Part shown: positions 1 to 10,344 of the stretch, in pieces | Layout: each line of letters starts with the position of its first letter | How positions within the stretch are numbered: the stretch's first letter is position 1 | DNA from: Spirochaetota bacterium | GTDB lineage: Bacteria; Spirochaetota; UBA6919; CBDBPB01 | DNA: 64,000 nucleotides | Direction: 5' to 3' | Assembly (NCBI GenBank): GCA_965208615.1 | Contig: CBDBPB010000004.1 | Span: forward strand, 448,001 to 512,000 | The notes under the pieces: model-generated | Told to the model about the DNA's origin: nothing | What the model saw: only the letters and a program-made list of their open reading frames with translations | Databases searched by the model: none | Made by a program: the position numbers and the translations under genes

Positions 1-1
1 A

Positions 2-1272
2 TCTTCTTTTGCAAAAGGCGGATTTAGTAATGTATGGGGTAAGTCCATATTGCCGTATCACCAAAACGATTTAAAAGACTGGCCAATAACTATAAAAGAC
101 TTAGAACCCTATTATAAAAAGGTACTTTCGTTTATGGGGCTTTCAGCGGTTAAAGATAGTCTTGAGGATATTTTCCCTCTTTACTGTGATAGCTATGATA
201 GTCTTAAGTCTAGTCATCAGTCAGAGGCAATGATGGCTACCTTTTAAATAATAACAAAGTATTAAACGACTTAGGTATTTTCTTTGGTTTTTCAAGGTTG
301 GCTTGTAGACTTAACTCTATTGACAACTGTGAATATTGTGGTCTTTGTGTATATGGTTGTCCTTATGATATTGATTATTGTTCTTCCCAAACGTTAAGGC
401 AGTTATTAGAACATGATAATTTCACATATATTCCTGATACTGTTGTTAAGCGGGTTAATGAGAAGTCTGGTTTTGTTGAGGTTATTGCTGAGTCATATAC
501 TAACAGAAGTTCTATTGTTTATAATTGTTCTAGGGTATACTTAGCTTGTGGCTTTCTTAACACTGCTAAAATTATACTTGAGTCTATGGAGGCTTATGAT
601 CAACCTTTAACTGTAAAAGACTGTCTATATTTTCTTATCCCACTATTACGGTATAAGGGTGCTAAGAACATAATGAATACAGAACTCCATACTTTACCCC
701 ATATCTTTTTAGAGGTTTTAGATAAAAGCTTATCAGAGCAGTTTATTCATATGCAAGTATATGGTTATAACGAGTTATATTTAACTGCTATTGGTCAAAA
801 GCTTGGTGGTCTTTATAAATTAGCCAGTCCTTTTATGGGGTTTATATTGGATAGGCTTTTCACTATACAGGGCTTTTTGCACTCTGATATATCCCCTAAT
901 ATTAGCATTCGTTTAATTTCTAAAGATCAACCTTATTTAGTTTGTGAGTCAGAGACTAATCATATAGGAAAAACTGTGGTCAAAGGCCTTGTTAAAAAAC
1001 TATTCAAAAACAGAAAGTACTTAAAAGCAATACCAATTTCTAAGGCATTACAAATATCAAAACCTGGTAGGAGCTTCCATACAGGGGGTACTTTTCCTAT
1101 GCGTAATAGTCCTGTTAGTTTTGAGAGTGATATTTATGGCAGGCCTTATGGACTAAATCGTATTCATTTAGTTGACTCTTCGGTTTTTCCGTCGATCCCT
1201 GCCACTACCATTACCTTAACTTTAATGGCTAATGCTTATAGGATCGCCTTAGAGTCTATTAATTTGGAGTAA
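2..1272 (+). CDS. GMC-type FAD-dependent oxidoreductase, 5'-truncated by the window edge and split by a frameshift near 241-245
   Basis: Motifs KGGFSNVWG, CEYCGLCVYGCPYD, HTGGTFPM and VDSSVFPSIPATTITLTLMANAYRIA; ORFs 50..247 and 298..1272 join if one base is added. Confidence 0.75.
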
Positions 1273-1274
1273 TT

Positions 1275-2141
1275 ATGATTAAAAAGTGTTTATTAACTGG
1301 CTCAAGCGGTTATGTTGGAGGGGTCATAAAAAGCTATCTTCGTAATAAGGATTGGGTTGTTTATGAGCTAAGACGTAATATATTGAGTGGTTCAGCTGAG
1401 CATATTATACCTTATACCCTTGGGCAACATGTTGATAAGACTATTTTTAAGAATATGGATGTTTTAATTCACTGTGCTTATGATTTTAGTATTAGGGATA
1501 AAAACAAAGTTTTTGAGATTAATGTTAAGGGTTCAATACGTTTATTTGAATTAGCTAAAACTATGGGGGTAAAGATAGTATTTATTTCGTCCATGAGTGC
1601 TTTTGAGGGCTGTCGTTCAGTTTATGGTCAAGCTAAATTGGAGATTGAAAAATGGGTATTAAGTGCCAATGGTATTGTTATTAGACCTGGCTTAATATTT
1701 GGACAAAAGCCTGGGGGAATATTTGGACGTCTAAATAGTCTTGTTAGCCATTTAAGGATAATACCATTAGTTGGTAAGGGTGATCAGCTCCAATATGTTT
1801 GCCTGGATACTGACTTAAGTATAGCAATTTACAAGCTAATACTTGGTAATAAGGTTAAAAAGGTGCCTATAATAGCGGCTTCGACTAAGTGTATGACCTT
1901 TAAAGAGATTATATATGTTTTGGCACAAAGTAAAAATAAGAAGGTTTGGTTTATTTATTTTCCGTATAGTATATTGTTAATGGCATTAAGGTTTTGCGAG
2001 CTAATTGGTCTTAATATAGCCTTTAGGAGTGATAGCCTAATTGGATTAGTTAATCATAATCCCAAGCCTAACTTTTATGCTACATTATCAGCAGGACTTA
2101 TCTTTCAAGATCTTAACCCTATATTGCTAAAAAAGCAATAG
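1275..2141 (+). CDS. NAD-dependent epimerase/dehydratase (extended SDR)
   Basis: TGSSGYVG Rossmann motif, YGQAK (YxxxK), IRPGLIFG. Confidence 0.8.
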   Translation: MIKKCLLTGSSGYVGGVIKSYLRNKDWVVYELRRNILSGSAEHIIPYTLGQHVDKTIFKNMDVLIHCAYDFSIRDKNKVFEINVKGSIRLFELAKTMGVKIVFISSMSAFEGCRSVYGQAKLEIEKWVLSANGIVIRPGLIFGQKPGGIFGRLNSLVSHLRIIPLVGKGDQLQYVCLDTDLSIAIYKLILGNKVKKVPIIAASTKCMTFKEIIYVLAQSKNKKVWFIYFPYSILLMALRFCELIGLNIAFRSDSLIGLVNHNPKPNFYATLSAGLIFQDLNPILLKKQ

Positions 2142-2191
2142 GATATTACTTTATTTAACTGCAAAACAAATAGTTAATAATACCTAATATA

Positions 2192-3373
2192 TTAATGGTT
2201 AATTAGTCTTATAATATATCTTGATCCGTCTTTTGTTAGGTCAACAAAAATTGGTTTTTGTAATACTTGTCCCTTTTCATTTTTTATTATCTCTACCCCC
2301 GGACGTGATGTTGTTTCAGAGTCTTTGGATACCACTATAGCAATCTCATTTGTATTTAGTAAAACTGCTGAACCAAGATGATAAAAATTACTTTCTTTAA
2401 ATAATATTCCCATATTTTTAGAAAACCTATGAGCAATATCCGGTTTAAAATGAGTACCCGCATTCTTTATAATATTTTTTAGTGCCTCCTTAGACCCTAA
2501 AGCCTCTTTATAAGAAAGTTTTGTGGTAAGAGCATCATAAAACTCAGCAATGGCAACAATATATACACCATCATCAATTTGCTGGTCCTTAAAGCCAAAA
2601 GGATAACCACTGCCATCAAACCTTTCATGGTGTAGTAATACTATTTTTTTTACAGACTCAGGTAGCCCCTTACTATCCTTTATAATTTCATAACTATATC
2701 TAGAGTGCTTTTTTACAGTTTCAAACTCTTTAGGATTTAGAGTGGAAGCCTTATGAATAAGATCATAAGGCAAGCGTATTTTTCCTATATCATGCAAGAA
2801 GCCAGCAATTCCAATTTCTTTAATATCATTTTCTTCAAAACCTATCTTTCTGGCAAAAGCCATAGCAATAACTCCAACATTCAAGCAGTGGGAATATGTA
2901 AAGTCATCAAATGATTGGATATCCAAAAGATTAATAACTTCTTGTTGACTATTTTTAAGATCATCCAATATATTATCTATAACAGAGTTAGCACCTTCAA
3001 AATCAATTTCACTATTATTCTTTATTGCCTGCTCAATCTTTTCTGCAACATTAACAGCTTTTATTTGCGTATCTATACTGATAGACCTTGGTCCATCATA
3101 TATATTTTGATTTAGATAATCTTTTAAGTTAGCGTCATACAATGGCTGATGGTCTATTGACTTTGATTTTGAATAAAACACCTCTTCAACACCTGCATCA
3201 ATAAGATTATCAATATCGCTCTGAGAGAAGGGAGTATAAGCAGGATGAACAATATTACCATGGGTATCGAATGTTGGACAGTTTAAAACAGTATTAGGCT
3301 TTAAAAACTTAACCTTAATTAATACTTGTTCGCCTTGTTCTATAAATTTATCTTCAGTATTACCATTTTTCAC
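2192..3373 (-). CDS. HD-GYP domain protein (c-di-GMP phosphodiesterase family)
   Basis: LHDIGK and HHERFDGSGYP motifs; GGAG ribosome-binding site upstream of GTG start. Confidence 0.9.
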   Translation of the reverse strand: MKNGNTEDKFIEQGEQVLIKVKFLKPNTVLNCPTFDTHGNIVHPAYTPFSQSDIDNLIDAGVEEVFYSKSKSIDHQPLYDANLKDYLNQNIYDGPRSISIDTQIKAVNVAEKIEQAIKNNSEIDFEGANSVIDNILDDLKNSQQEVINLLDIQSFDDFTYSHCLNVGVIAMAFARKIGFEENDIKEIGIAGFLHDIGKIRLPYDLIHKASTLNPKEFETVKKHSRYSYEIIKDSKGLPESVKKIVLLHHERFDGSGYPFGFKDQQIDDGVYIVAIAEFYDALTTKLSYKEALGSKEALKNIIKNAGTHFKPDIAHRFSKNMGILFKESNFYHLGSAVLLNTNEIAIVVSKDSETTSRPGVEIIKNEKGQVLQKPIFVDLTKDGSRYIIRLINH

Positions 3374-3578
3374 TTGCTCCTCCGGTATTATAGCATTGTT
3401 TAAAGCAAGATATAGTTTTATTGTTTTAAACTATAGTTTTTTTACTAAGGTTTTCGTTATCGATAATAATTAATATAATAAAGTTTTTTTTAAAATGATA
3501 ATTAAATAACACAAAACCTAAAGATAGAAGTATAGTTTCAACAAGGAGTTAGTCAATTTAGCTTATATGTTATGATTT

Positions 3579-4340
3579 TTAACTAATCCCAGTCAGGAGT
3601 TTAGTTAATATTTCAGGTTGTGCATCAGCAACTAATATTGTATGTTCAAAGTGTGCAGAAGGCATTTTATCTTTTGTAGTAACGGTCCACCTATCTTTCT
3701 GCAAAACTATACGGTGAGAACCCATATTAACCATAGGCTCAATAGCAAGAACCATGCCCGTCTTCAATCTCATACCCTTATTAGGAGGCCCGGTATTATA
3801 TATTGGAGGTTCTTCCCAAACGTCTGATCCAACACCGTGTCCACAATACTCCCTAACTAAACTGAATCCTTGACCTTCAACATAACTTTGTATAGCATGA
3901 GAGATATCTCCAACTCGATTACCTGTAATAGCCTTTTCTATACCAAGGTATAAGGATTTTTCAGTAACCTCAAGCAATCTTTTTTTTTCATCATTTATCC
4001 CGCCGACAGAATATGTATATGCCGCATCTCCAAATCCGCCATCAGTTTTAACTCCAACATCAACGCCAACTATATCACCATTTTTTAGCCTATAATTATT
4101 AGGTATTCCATGTATAACGTTTTCATTGACCGAAATACAAGTTGCATTTGGATAACCTTTAAACCCTTTAAAAGATGGTAATCCCTTATTGGATATAATA
4201 TATTGTTCACAATAACTATCTATATCCAAGGGAGTTACTCCCTCTTTTATAATATTTTTAAGGCTAAGCAATAATTTAGAAATAACCTTACAACTATATC
4301 TAATTTTATCAATTTGATCTTTTCTTTTAATCAGTGCCAT
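3579..4340 (-). CDS. map: Type I methionine aminopeptidase
   Basis: CISVNENVIHGIP, GHGVG, AIEPM, SAHFEHT motifs. Confidence 0.95.
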   Translation of the reverse strand: MALIKRKDQIDKIRYSCKVISKLLLSLKNIIKEGVTPLDIDSYCEQYIISNKGLPSFKGFKGYPNATCISVNENVIHGIPNNYRLKNGDIVGVDVGVKTDGGFGDAAYTYSVGGINDEKKRLLEVTEKSLYLGIEKAITGNRVGDISHAIQSYVEGQGFSLVREYCGHGVGSDVWEEPPIYNTGPPNKGMRLKTGMVLAIEPMVNMGSHRIVLQKDRWTVTTKDKMPSAHFEHTILVADAQPEILTKLLTGIS

Positions 4341-4348
4341 TTATTCTC

Positions 4349-6013
4349 TCACTCAAAGTTATCCACCTTAGTTATATTACCATTAGAGTCAAAATAAATT
4401 ACTTTAATAAGCTCCTTAAGCCAGTTATATCGCTTTTCTTTAGCAACCTTGCCAATAGAGTTATAATAAAATACCCTTGATCCAATATACTGCTTTTTTT
4501 TATCGAATCCATGTTCCATAATTCGCTGATTTTTTTTATTATATACATAAACCAATATTTTATCCAGCTCTCTAACTTTATTATAAAGCTTTTCTTGTTT
4601 TAGAAGTCCCTTTTTATTATACAGATAAACTACAATATTATTAACGCGACTATTTTTATAAGTAATAGCTCTATATACCCTGTTTTTAGGGTCATAAAAT
4701 AGTGTTTTTACGGGTTTATTTTTATGATATAAAGTCTTTGATTTATTTTTTCCATTGGCCTTATAGCTTAGCTTTATTTGGGATACTAAAACACCTTCTT
4801 TAAATATTTGTTCATTTATTACTCTTCCCTTTTTGTCATAGATATACTTCCAAGATATTATTAGTTTATTTGGGTCATATTGTTGAGCTTGCACCACCTG
4901 ATTTTTTTCGTTGTATTTATATATTATATAATGTTTAAGTTTACCGAAGTCATATTTCTGATTTTTTATTAGGAGTCCCTTTTCATTATAAGTTAGTTTA
5001 CGACTAAGCTTATCAAGCTTTTTAACTTCTACAGTTTTTCTAACATTGTTATTATATTTATAGACTTCCGAATAAACAATTGTATTACCTTCTATTTTCT
5101 CCAAAGATTTTATTTGTCCTAAAGGAGTATATTTACTAACCTTAACTAGGTTGTTATATTTATCATATTCTTTAGTTGTTTTACCATTCGTGGTATATTC
5201 GTTATGCTTATAGGAGTATAACGTTTCATTTTTATCATAATATTTTAATTTTACTTTTCTTCCATAATCATCATATTCAACTGTAGTTATAAGTTTACCC
5301 ATAGCATAACTATTAACATGGCGTAGATATTTATTTTTGTTATAAACAAAAGATTTATGAGCAATTAGTTTAGCATGTCTTGTAAAGCTTTCTTCTTTTA
5401 GCAGTTGATTTTCTTTATTATAATGGTATTTAACAATTTTTTTTATTAATCCCTTGTTATAGAAGGCGATTTCAGTAGGCTTATTAATATGGTTATAAAG
5501 CACTGCATAATGTAGTCTTTGATTTTTATTATACCATTTTTCTTCTTTTCCTGTTTTTAGGTATTTTATTTCACCTGTAAATAATAGTTTTTTTTTGTCA
5601 TCATGCTTTGTTTTATGTGTTAGTCTGTTATTGCTGTAATGATTTTTGGTATTTATTTTATTATTATCGAAGGTATTGGAGTATAAAAGCTTTCCATTTT
5701 TTGAGTAGTTATAAATAGTTACCTCATCCAAGAGGAGGAACTTAATTTTATCTAGCCTATTAAGACGGTTAGTTTTTTTATCGAAAAAAGCTTTTAGATA
5801 AAAGTTCTTATTTTTAAGTTGTTTTTCGTTTAAGATATTTTTATCTATGAGTTCATACGACTTAGTGGGATAGTAATACTCTTCATGCATATAGTATTTT
5901 ATATTATAGTCTTTGTTATTAGTTATATATTTAGGTTCTGGACGACTAATATTATTAGAGCATCCAAAGAATATGGTAAAAGCTATTAATATAAAGTGTA
6001 TTTTTTTTATCAT
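4349..6013 (-). CDS. Basic lipoprotein built of tandem YD/MORN-like beta-hairpin repeats
   Basis: Lipobox FFGC; recurring Y-x-Y-[ND]-x-x-[GN]-x-x-x-x-E-x-x-Y units. Confidence 0.65.
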   Translation of the reverse strand: MIKKIHFILIAFTIFFGCSNNISRPEPKYITNNKDYNIKYYMHEEYYYPTKSYELIDKNILNEKQLKNKNFYLKAFFDKKTNRLNRLDKIKFLLLDEVTIYNYSKNGKLLYSNTFDNNKINTKNHYSNNRLTHKTKHDDKKKLLFTGEIKYLKTGKEEKWYNKNQRLHYAVLYNHINKPTEIAFYNKGLIKKIVKYHYNKENQLLKEESFTRHAKLIAHKSFVYNKNKYLRHVNSYAMGKLITTVEYDDYGRKVKLKYYDKNETLYSYKHNEYTTNGKTTKEYDKYNNLVKVSKYTPLGQIKSLEKIEGNTIVYSEVYKYNNNVRKTVEVKKLDKLSRKLTYNEKGLLIKNQKYDFGKLKHYIIYKYNEKNQVVQAQQYDPNKLIISWKYIYDKKGRVINEQIFKEGVLVSQIKLSYKANGKNKSKTLYHKNKPVKTLFYDPKNRVYRAITYKNSRVNNIVVYLYNKKGLLKQEKLYNKVRELDKILVYVYNKKNQRIMEHGFDKKKQYIGSRVFYYNSIGKVAKEKRYNWLKELIKVIYFDSNGNITKVDNFE

Positions 6014-6209
6014 TAATCCACCTATTAAAATTATATACTGGTTTATTTAAGTTTTAGTGTTTAGTAGTTTTGTCAATAAAATGGTATATTTAAATAATCA
6101 CTTATTTTAAGTTAAACAAAAATTAATTTTTGTCAATTAATTGTTTTGTGATAGAAAGTATTATTAAGTATTCCTATTAAGTTTTTTATGTTGCTGTGGT
6201 ACATATATC

Positions 6210-6380
6210 TTAGTGTATACTTACTTGTACGGGGAAACATAATAATAGGACGTTTTATGATAATTTAATTATTAAGAAAGGTCAATTATTTTAAATAAGT
6301 TTTATACAAATGATGCATATAACGTAAAGATAAGTATATTTTAGATTTCTTTGTGGAACATAAAAGATAAAATATTGATG
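6210..6380. repeat. Dispersed intergenic repeat, inverted copy of ~25056-25235
   Basis: 6316-6380 matches the reverse complement of 25056-25120 at 61/65 nt; 6249-6273 matches the reverse complement of 25166-25190 at 24/25 nt (manual alignment). Confidence 0.85.
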
Positions 6381-6641
6381 TATATTTATAGGTGAATTAA
6401 AGATAATAGAATAGTTCATACCTACTAGAACCTCTTTATAATAACCTAATAAAAAACTTGATAACATATACAACAGCATAAGTAAACTTATAAATAATTA
6501 CAAAATTACCTAATAATTAATGATTTTTTTGTAGCTTTTTACTAAATTATCTTATATAATTATCATGTTAATTACTATTAATATATGTATAAAACTCTTT
6601 AGAATAACTTTGCCATAAATCAATCGGAATACTAAAACTAT

Positions 6642-7806
6642 ATGCTCTCTTCAAAGTTTGTAGATAAAGTACTAGAACGAATAGAAAAACTAGACGTAGA
6701 AAACCTTAAAGACTTTATATATAAACTATCCCAAAACAGAAAGTTCTTTGAAACGATACTTGAAAGTATGATAGAAGGTGTTATTGTACTCAATAAAGAA
6801 CAAGATATACAATACATAAATAAACAAGCTATAATTATGTTTAATATTAATGACTCCAACGTCATAGAAAAAAACTTATTCGATGTTATTCATGATGATC
6901 CCCTAAAAACCTTTTTAATAGAAAGTTATATCCAATAATCAAAAGCAGTATGGCGTAGAACTGTTTTTAAAAAACCCTGTCAAAAAGGTTATTGAACTTA
7001 GTATCTATCCCTTTGTTAAAGAAGGAAAAATCTCTGGTAACGTTATCATACTTTTGGATATTACTGATCGAAAAGAAGAACGCCTTAAACTACAAAGAGT
7101 AGAAAGTTTAGCATCCCTAACTACTTTGGCCGCTGGAATTGCTCATGAAATTAAAAATCCTCTTGGTGCCTTAGATATCCATGTTCAGTTGTTGGATCGC
7201 ATCACAAATACCCTTAAACCTAATAGCAAAAAGGAATTTAAAAAGCTACTAAAAGTTATAATCGAAGAAATAGAGCGTATGGATAGAATAGTTAGCGACT
7301 TTCTATTTACGGTTAGGCCTATTAATATAAATCCAAAAAAAAGCGATATTTTAGAACTTTTTAACTCCATTCTTAATTTGCTAAAATACGACTTTGAGAA
7401 AAAAAATGTTACTATAACTCTCAAAGGTAATCCCATAGATAGAATATCCACCTTTGACTCCCGCTACTTAAAACATGCCTTCATAAATATACTAAAAAAT
7501 AGCCTGGATGCTTGTAAAAAAGGTGATAGCGTCTCTATCATTATAGAAAAAGAAAAAGAAAACCTAATTATTAAGATATCCGATACAGGAAAAGGAATAG
7601 ATAATAATATCCTAAACAAAATATTTGAACCATACTTTACCACTAAAGACTTCGGAACAGGGTTGGGATTAACCATCGTATATAAAATTATAAAAGAACA
7701 TAAGGGTAATATTGCAGTTGACAGCGAAAAAGACGTTGGTACAACTTTTACGTTTACTATACCATGTTATAAGGGTTATGAGCGTTTACTGCCTTATAAT
7801 TATTAA
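6642..7806 (+). CDS. PAS sensor histidine kinase (spirochaete Hk2-like), split by a +1 frameshift near 6922
   Basis: PAS start ILESMIEGVIVLN, H-box AHEIKNPL, G-boxes DTGKGI and GTGLGL; removing one A from GAAAGTT fuses the two ORFs. Confidence 0.85.
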
Positions 7807-7858
7807 TTTATTTCTAAAAAAATGCTATACTTAAATATTATTATTAAGGAAAACTATT

Positions 7859-9214
7859 ATGAAAGGGACTATTTTAGTTGTAGATGATGAGATAAACATT
7901 AGGGAAGGGCTAAAAAAATCTCTTGAGCTGGATGGGTTTACACCAATAATGGCGGAAGACGGAAGTGAGGCATTTAAAATATTTAAAACCAAAGAAATAG
8001 ACTTAGTTATAACAGATTTAAAAATGCCTGTTATGTCGGGTGAAAGGCTTTTAAAGAAAATAATAGAAACATCATCGGCTATCCCAGTAATAATATTAAC
8101 AGGACATGGAACCGTAGAAAATGCTGTGGATGCAATGAGAGAGGGAGCTTATGACTTCCTTACCAAGCCCGTTAATTTAAATAAACTAACCCTGCTTATA
8201 AAAAGAGCTCTAGGACGAAAACAACTAGAAATAGAAAATCGTGAACTCCATCAGCAGTTGGATAAGAAATACGGATTTTCTAATATAATCGGTAACTCAC
8301 AGCAAATGAATGACTTATTTGATATTGTAAAACAAGTTGCCCCATCTAATGCAAATATTTTTATAGCTGGTGAGAATGGAACAGGTAAAGAGCTTATCGC
8401 AAATGCCATACACAGGCTGAGTCAAAGAAGAAAGTCTCCATTAATAAAAGTCCACTGTGCCGCTTTGAACGAGAATATTTTAGAAAGTGAACTCTTTGGT
8501 CATGAAAGAGGCTCATTCACTGGTGCCACAGGGCAAAAAAGAGGACGCTTTGAATTAGCTGATGGTGGTACACTATTTCTGGACGAAATAGGTGAAATAT
8601 CTCCTCTGGTACAGGTTAAACTATTAAGAGTCCTGCAAGAAAGGGAGTTTGAACGTGTTGGAGGTGAAAAAACTATTAAGGTTGATGTTAGAATAATATC
8701 TGCCACTAACAAGAATATTGAAAAAGAGGTGGCTAAAACTAATTTTAGAGAAGACCTTTATTTTAGATTAAACGTAATTACTCTTAATATCCCCGCTCTT
8801 AGGGATAGAAAAAGTGATATTCCTTTATTAGTTAATGCCTTTATTAAAGAGTTTACTAAAAGCAATAATAAACCTACTATGACTATTACTCCTCAAGCTC
8901 TATCATGCCTTGAAAACTACAACTGGCCTGGTAATATTAGAGAACTTAGAAATACCATAGAAAGGTCTGTTGTAATGACTAAGGGAATTAACATTACAAA
9001 AGATAGTATACCAATATCAATAGCCAAAGCTAGTGAAGAAGAACAGAAGATTATTAATACTGAATCAATTATTCCCCTTAGCGATATTGAAAAAAATGCT
9101 ATTCTAACTACTTTGTCATTGGTAAAAGGAAATAAAACTTTGGCCGCTAAGATGCTCGGTATAGGACGAAGAACTCTACATAGAAAATTACAGGAGTATA
9201 ATAATATAGAATAA
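7859..9214 (+). CDS. Sigma-54-dependent response regulator (NtrC/Rrp2-like; REC-AAA+-HTH)
   Basis: REC domain (VVDDE, DLKMP), Walker A GENGTGKE, GSFTGA loop, WPGNIREL, C-terminal Fis-type HTH. Confidence 0.93.
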   Translation: MKGTILVVDDEINIREGLKKSLELDGFTPIMAEDGSEAFKIFKTKEIDLVITDLKMPVMSGERLLKKIIETSSAIPVIILTGHGTVENAVDAMREGAYDFLTKPVNLNKLTLLIKRALGRKQLEIENRELHQQLDKKYGFSNIIGNSQQMNDLFDIVKQVAPSNANIFIAGENGTGKELIANAIHRLSQRRKSPLIKVHCAALNENILESELFGHERGSFTGATGQKRGRFELADGGTLFLDEIGEISPLVQVKLLRVLQEREFERVGGEKTIKVDVRIISATNKNIEKEVAKTNFREDLYFRLNVITLNIPALRDRKSDIPLLVNAFIKEFTKSNNKPTMTITPQALSCLENYNWPGNIRELRNTIERSVVMTKGINITKDSIPISIAKASEEEQKIINTESIIPLSDIEKNAILTTLSLVKGNKTLAAKMLGIGRRTLHRKLQEYNNIE

Positions 9215-9281
9215 ATCTTTATAAAGCTTTTTGACCCCACTAAGCCCGGCTTAGATGTTATACTAATAAGGAAGGTTAGTT

Positions 9282-10337
9282 ATGAACAAACTTAACAATG
9301 AATTAATTAAAACTAAAAGAAAAGCTATTATATATAATTCTTTAGTTTACAGCTTTTTAATATTACTATTTATTTTAACTCTATTCCCTTCTATAGAAAA
9401 CGATTTTAAGTCTATAACCACTGATAAAGTATATAATGCAAATATTGAATATATAAATAGTGCATCTAATCGCTCCCTTGTAAGCCTTGCAACCATTGCT
9501 GTACTAAAAGGTGTTGTTGCAATAGGAAATATAATCCCCGTAGTAAGCGGATTTATCATGCCAATTCAAGACTTTTTAAGCGTTGCATGGAAAGCTGTAC
9601 TTTATTCTGCTATATCACTCCAAATCTTTTACTATTTTTTAATATTATTCCATCATATTGAGTTCATATTGCTGTCTATCTTTATTTTTGTTTTAATACT
9701 GTATAGGCTGTCTGTTAATTTTTCCCCCTATACGTGGATAAACAATTTTCTAAAATCATTATCGAGGTTTAGCTTATTGATTGTCCTTTTTACGTGGATA
9801 GTATTCCCTCTTTCTATTCAGGGAAGTAAACTACTATCCGAGGTTACTACTAAAAATCTTATGAAGAATGCTAATCGTGAATTAGCACAAATAAAAAAAG
9901 AACTAATCTCATTAGACTTCAAAGATGAAAAAACTAAATTAACACAAGAAAATACTACTAAGCAAAATACTACTAAAAAAGACCACTCTAATAAGAATAG
10001 TAAACCTAAAAATCAGGATGTCTCTTCTAAAGTTAGCAATTTTATATCAAACTTGCTTAAAGATATTAAAAACTCTGTAGTTAATAAGGCTAGTGAAATT
10101 AAAAAAACTTTAGCTATTAAGGGTAAAAAGTTAATTAAAAACATAGAGTTTTACAGCATAAAGATAAAAAACTATTCCATAATTATTATAGCTAGCTATA
10201 TACTAGACTGTTTAATCTTTCCCCTTTTAATTATATTTTTATTTATTTGGTTTTTAAAAATACTCAAACAACAATTTATCTCTGTTGAAAACGAAAAAAC
10301 AATGAAATCATTGCTAAAAACCTTAAAAAAAGGATAG
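9282..10337 (+). CDS. Hypothetical multi-pass membrane protein
   Basis: Long ORF with several hydrophobic segments and a Lys/Asn-rich loop. Confidence 0.7.
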   Translation: MNKLNNELIKTKRKAIIYNSLVYSFLILLFILTLFPSIENDFKSITTDKVYNANIEYINSASNRSLVSLATIAVLKGVVAIGNIIPVVSGFIMPIQDFLSVAWKAVLYSAISLQIFYYFLILFHHIEFILLSIFIFVLILYRLSVNFSPYTWINNFLKSLSRFSLLIVLFTWIVFPLSIQGSKLLSEVTTKNLMKNANRELAQIKKELISLDFKDEKTKLTQENTTKQNTTKKDHSNKNSKPKNQDVSSKVSNFISNLLKDIKNSVVNKASEIKKTLAIKGKKLIKNIEFYSIKIKNYSIIIIASYILDCLIFPLLIIFLFIWFLKILKQQFISVENEKTMKSLLKTLKKG

Positions 10338-10344
10338 TAATTTT

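Noticed and set aside
6291-6479. 62-aa minus-strand ORF over the dispersed repeat
   Set aside because: No ribosome-binding site or recognisable motif; the corresponding start is not present in the 25-kb copy.
6642-6938. Stand-alone PAS protein separate from the kinase
   Set aside because: One-base deletion fuses it with 7054..7806 through an open, sensible linker.
8511-8528. GSFTGA instead of GAFTGA as a sign of a sigma-54-independent regulator
   Set aside because: GSFTGA is a common functional variant of the loop.
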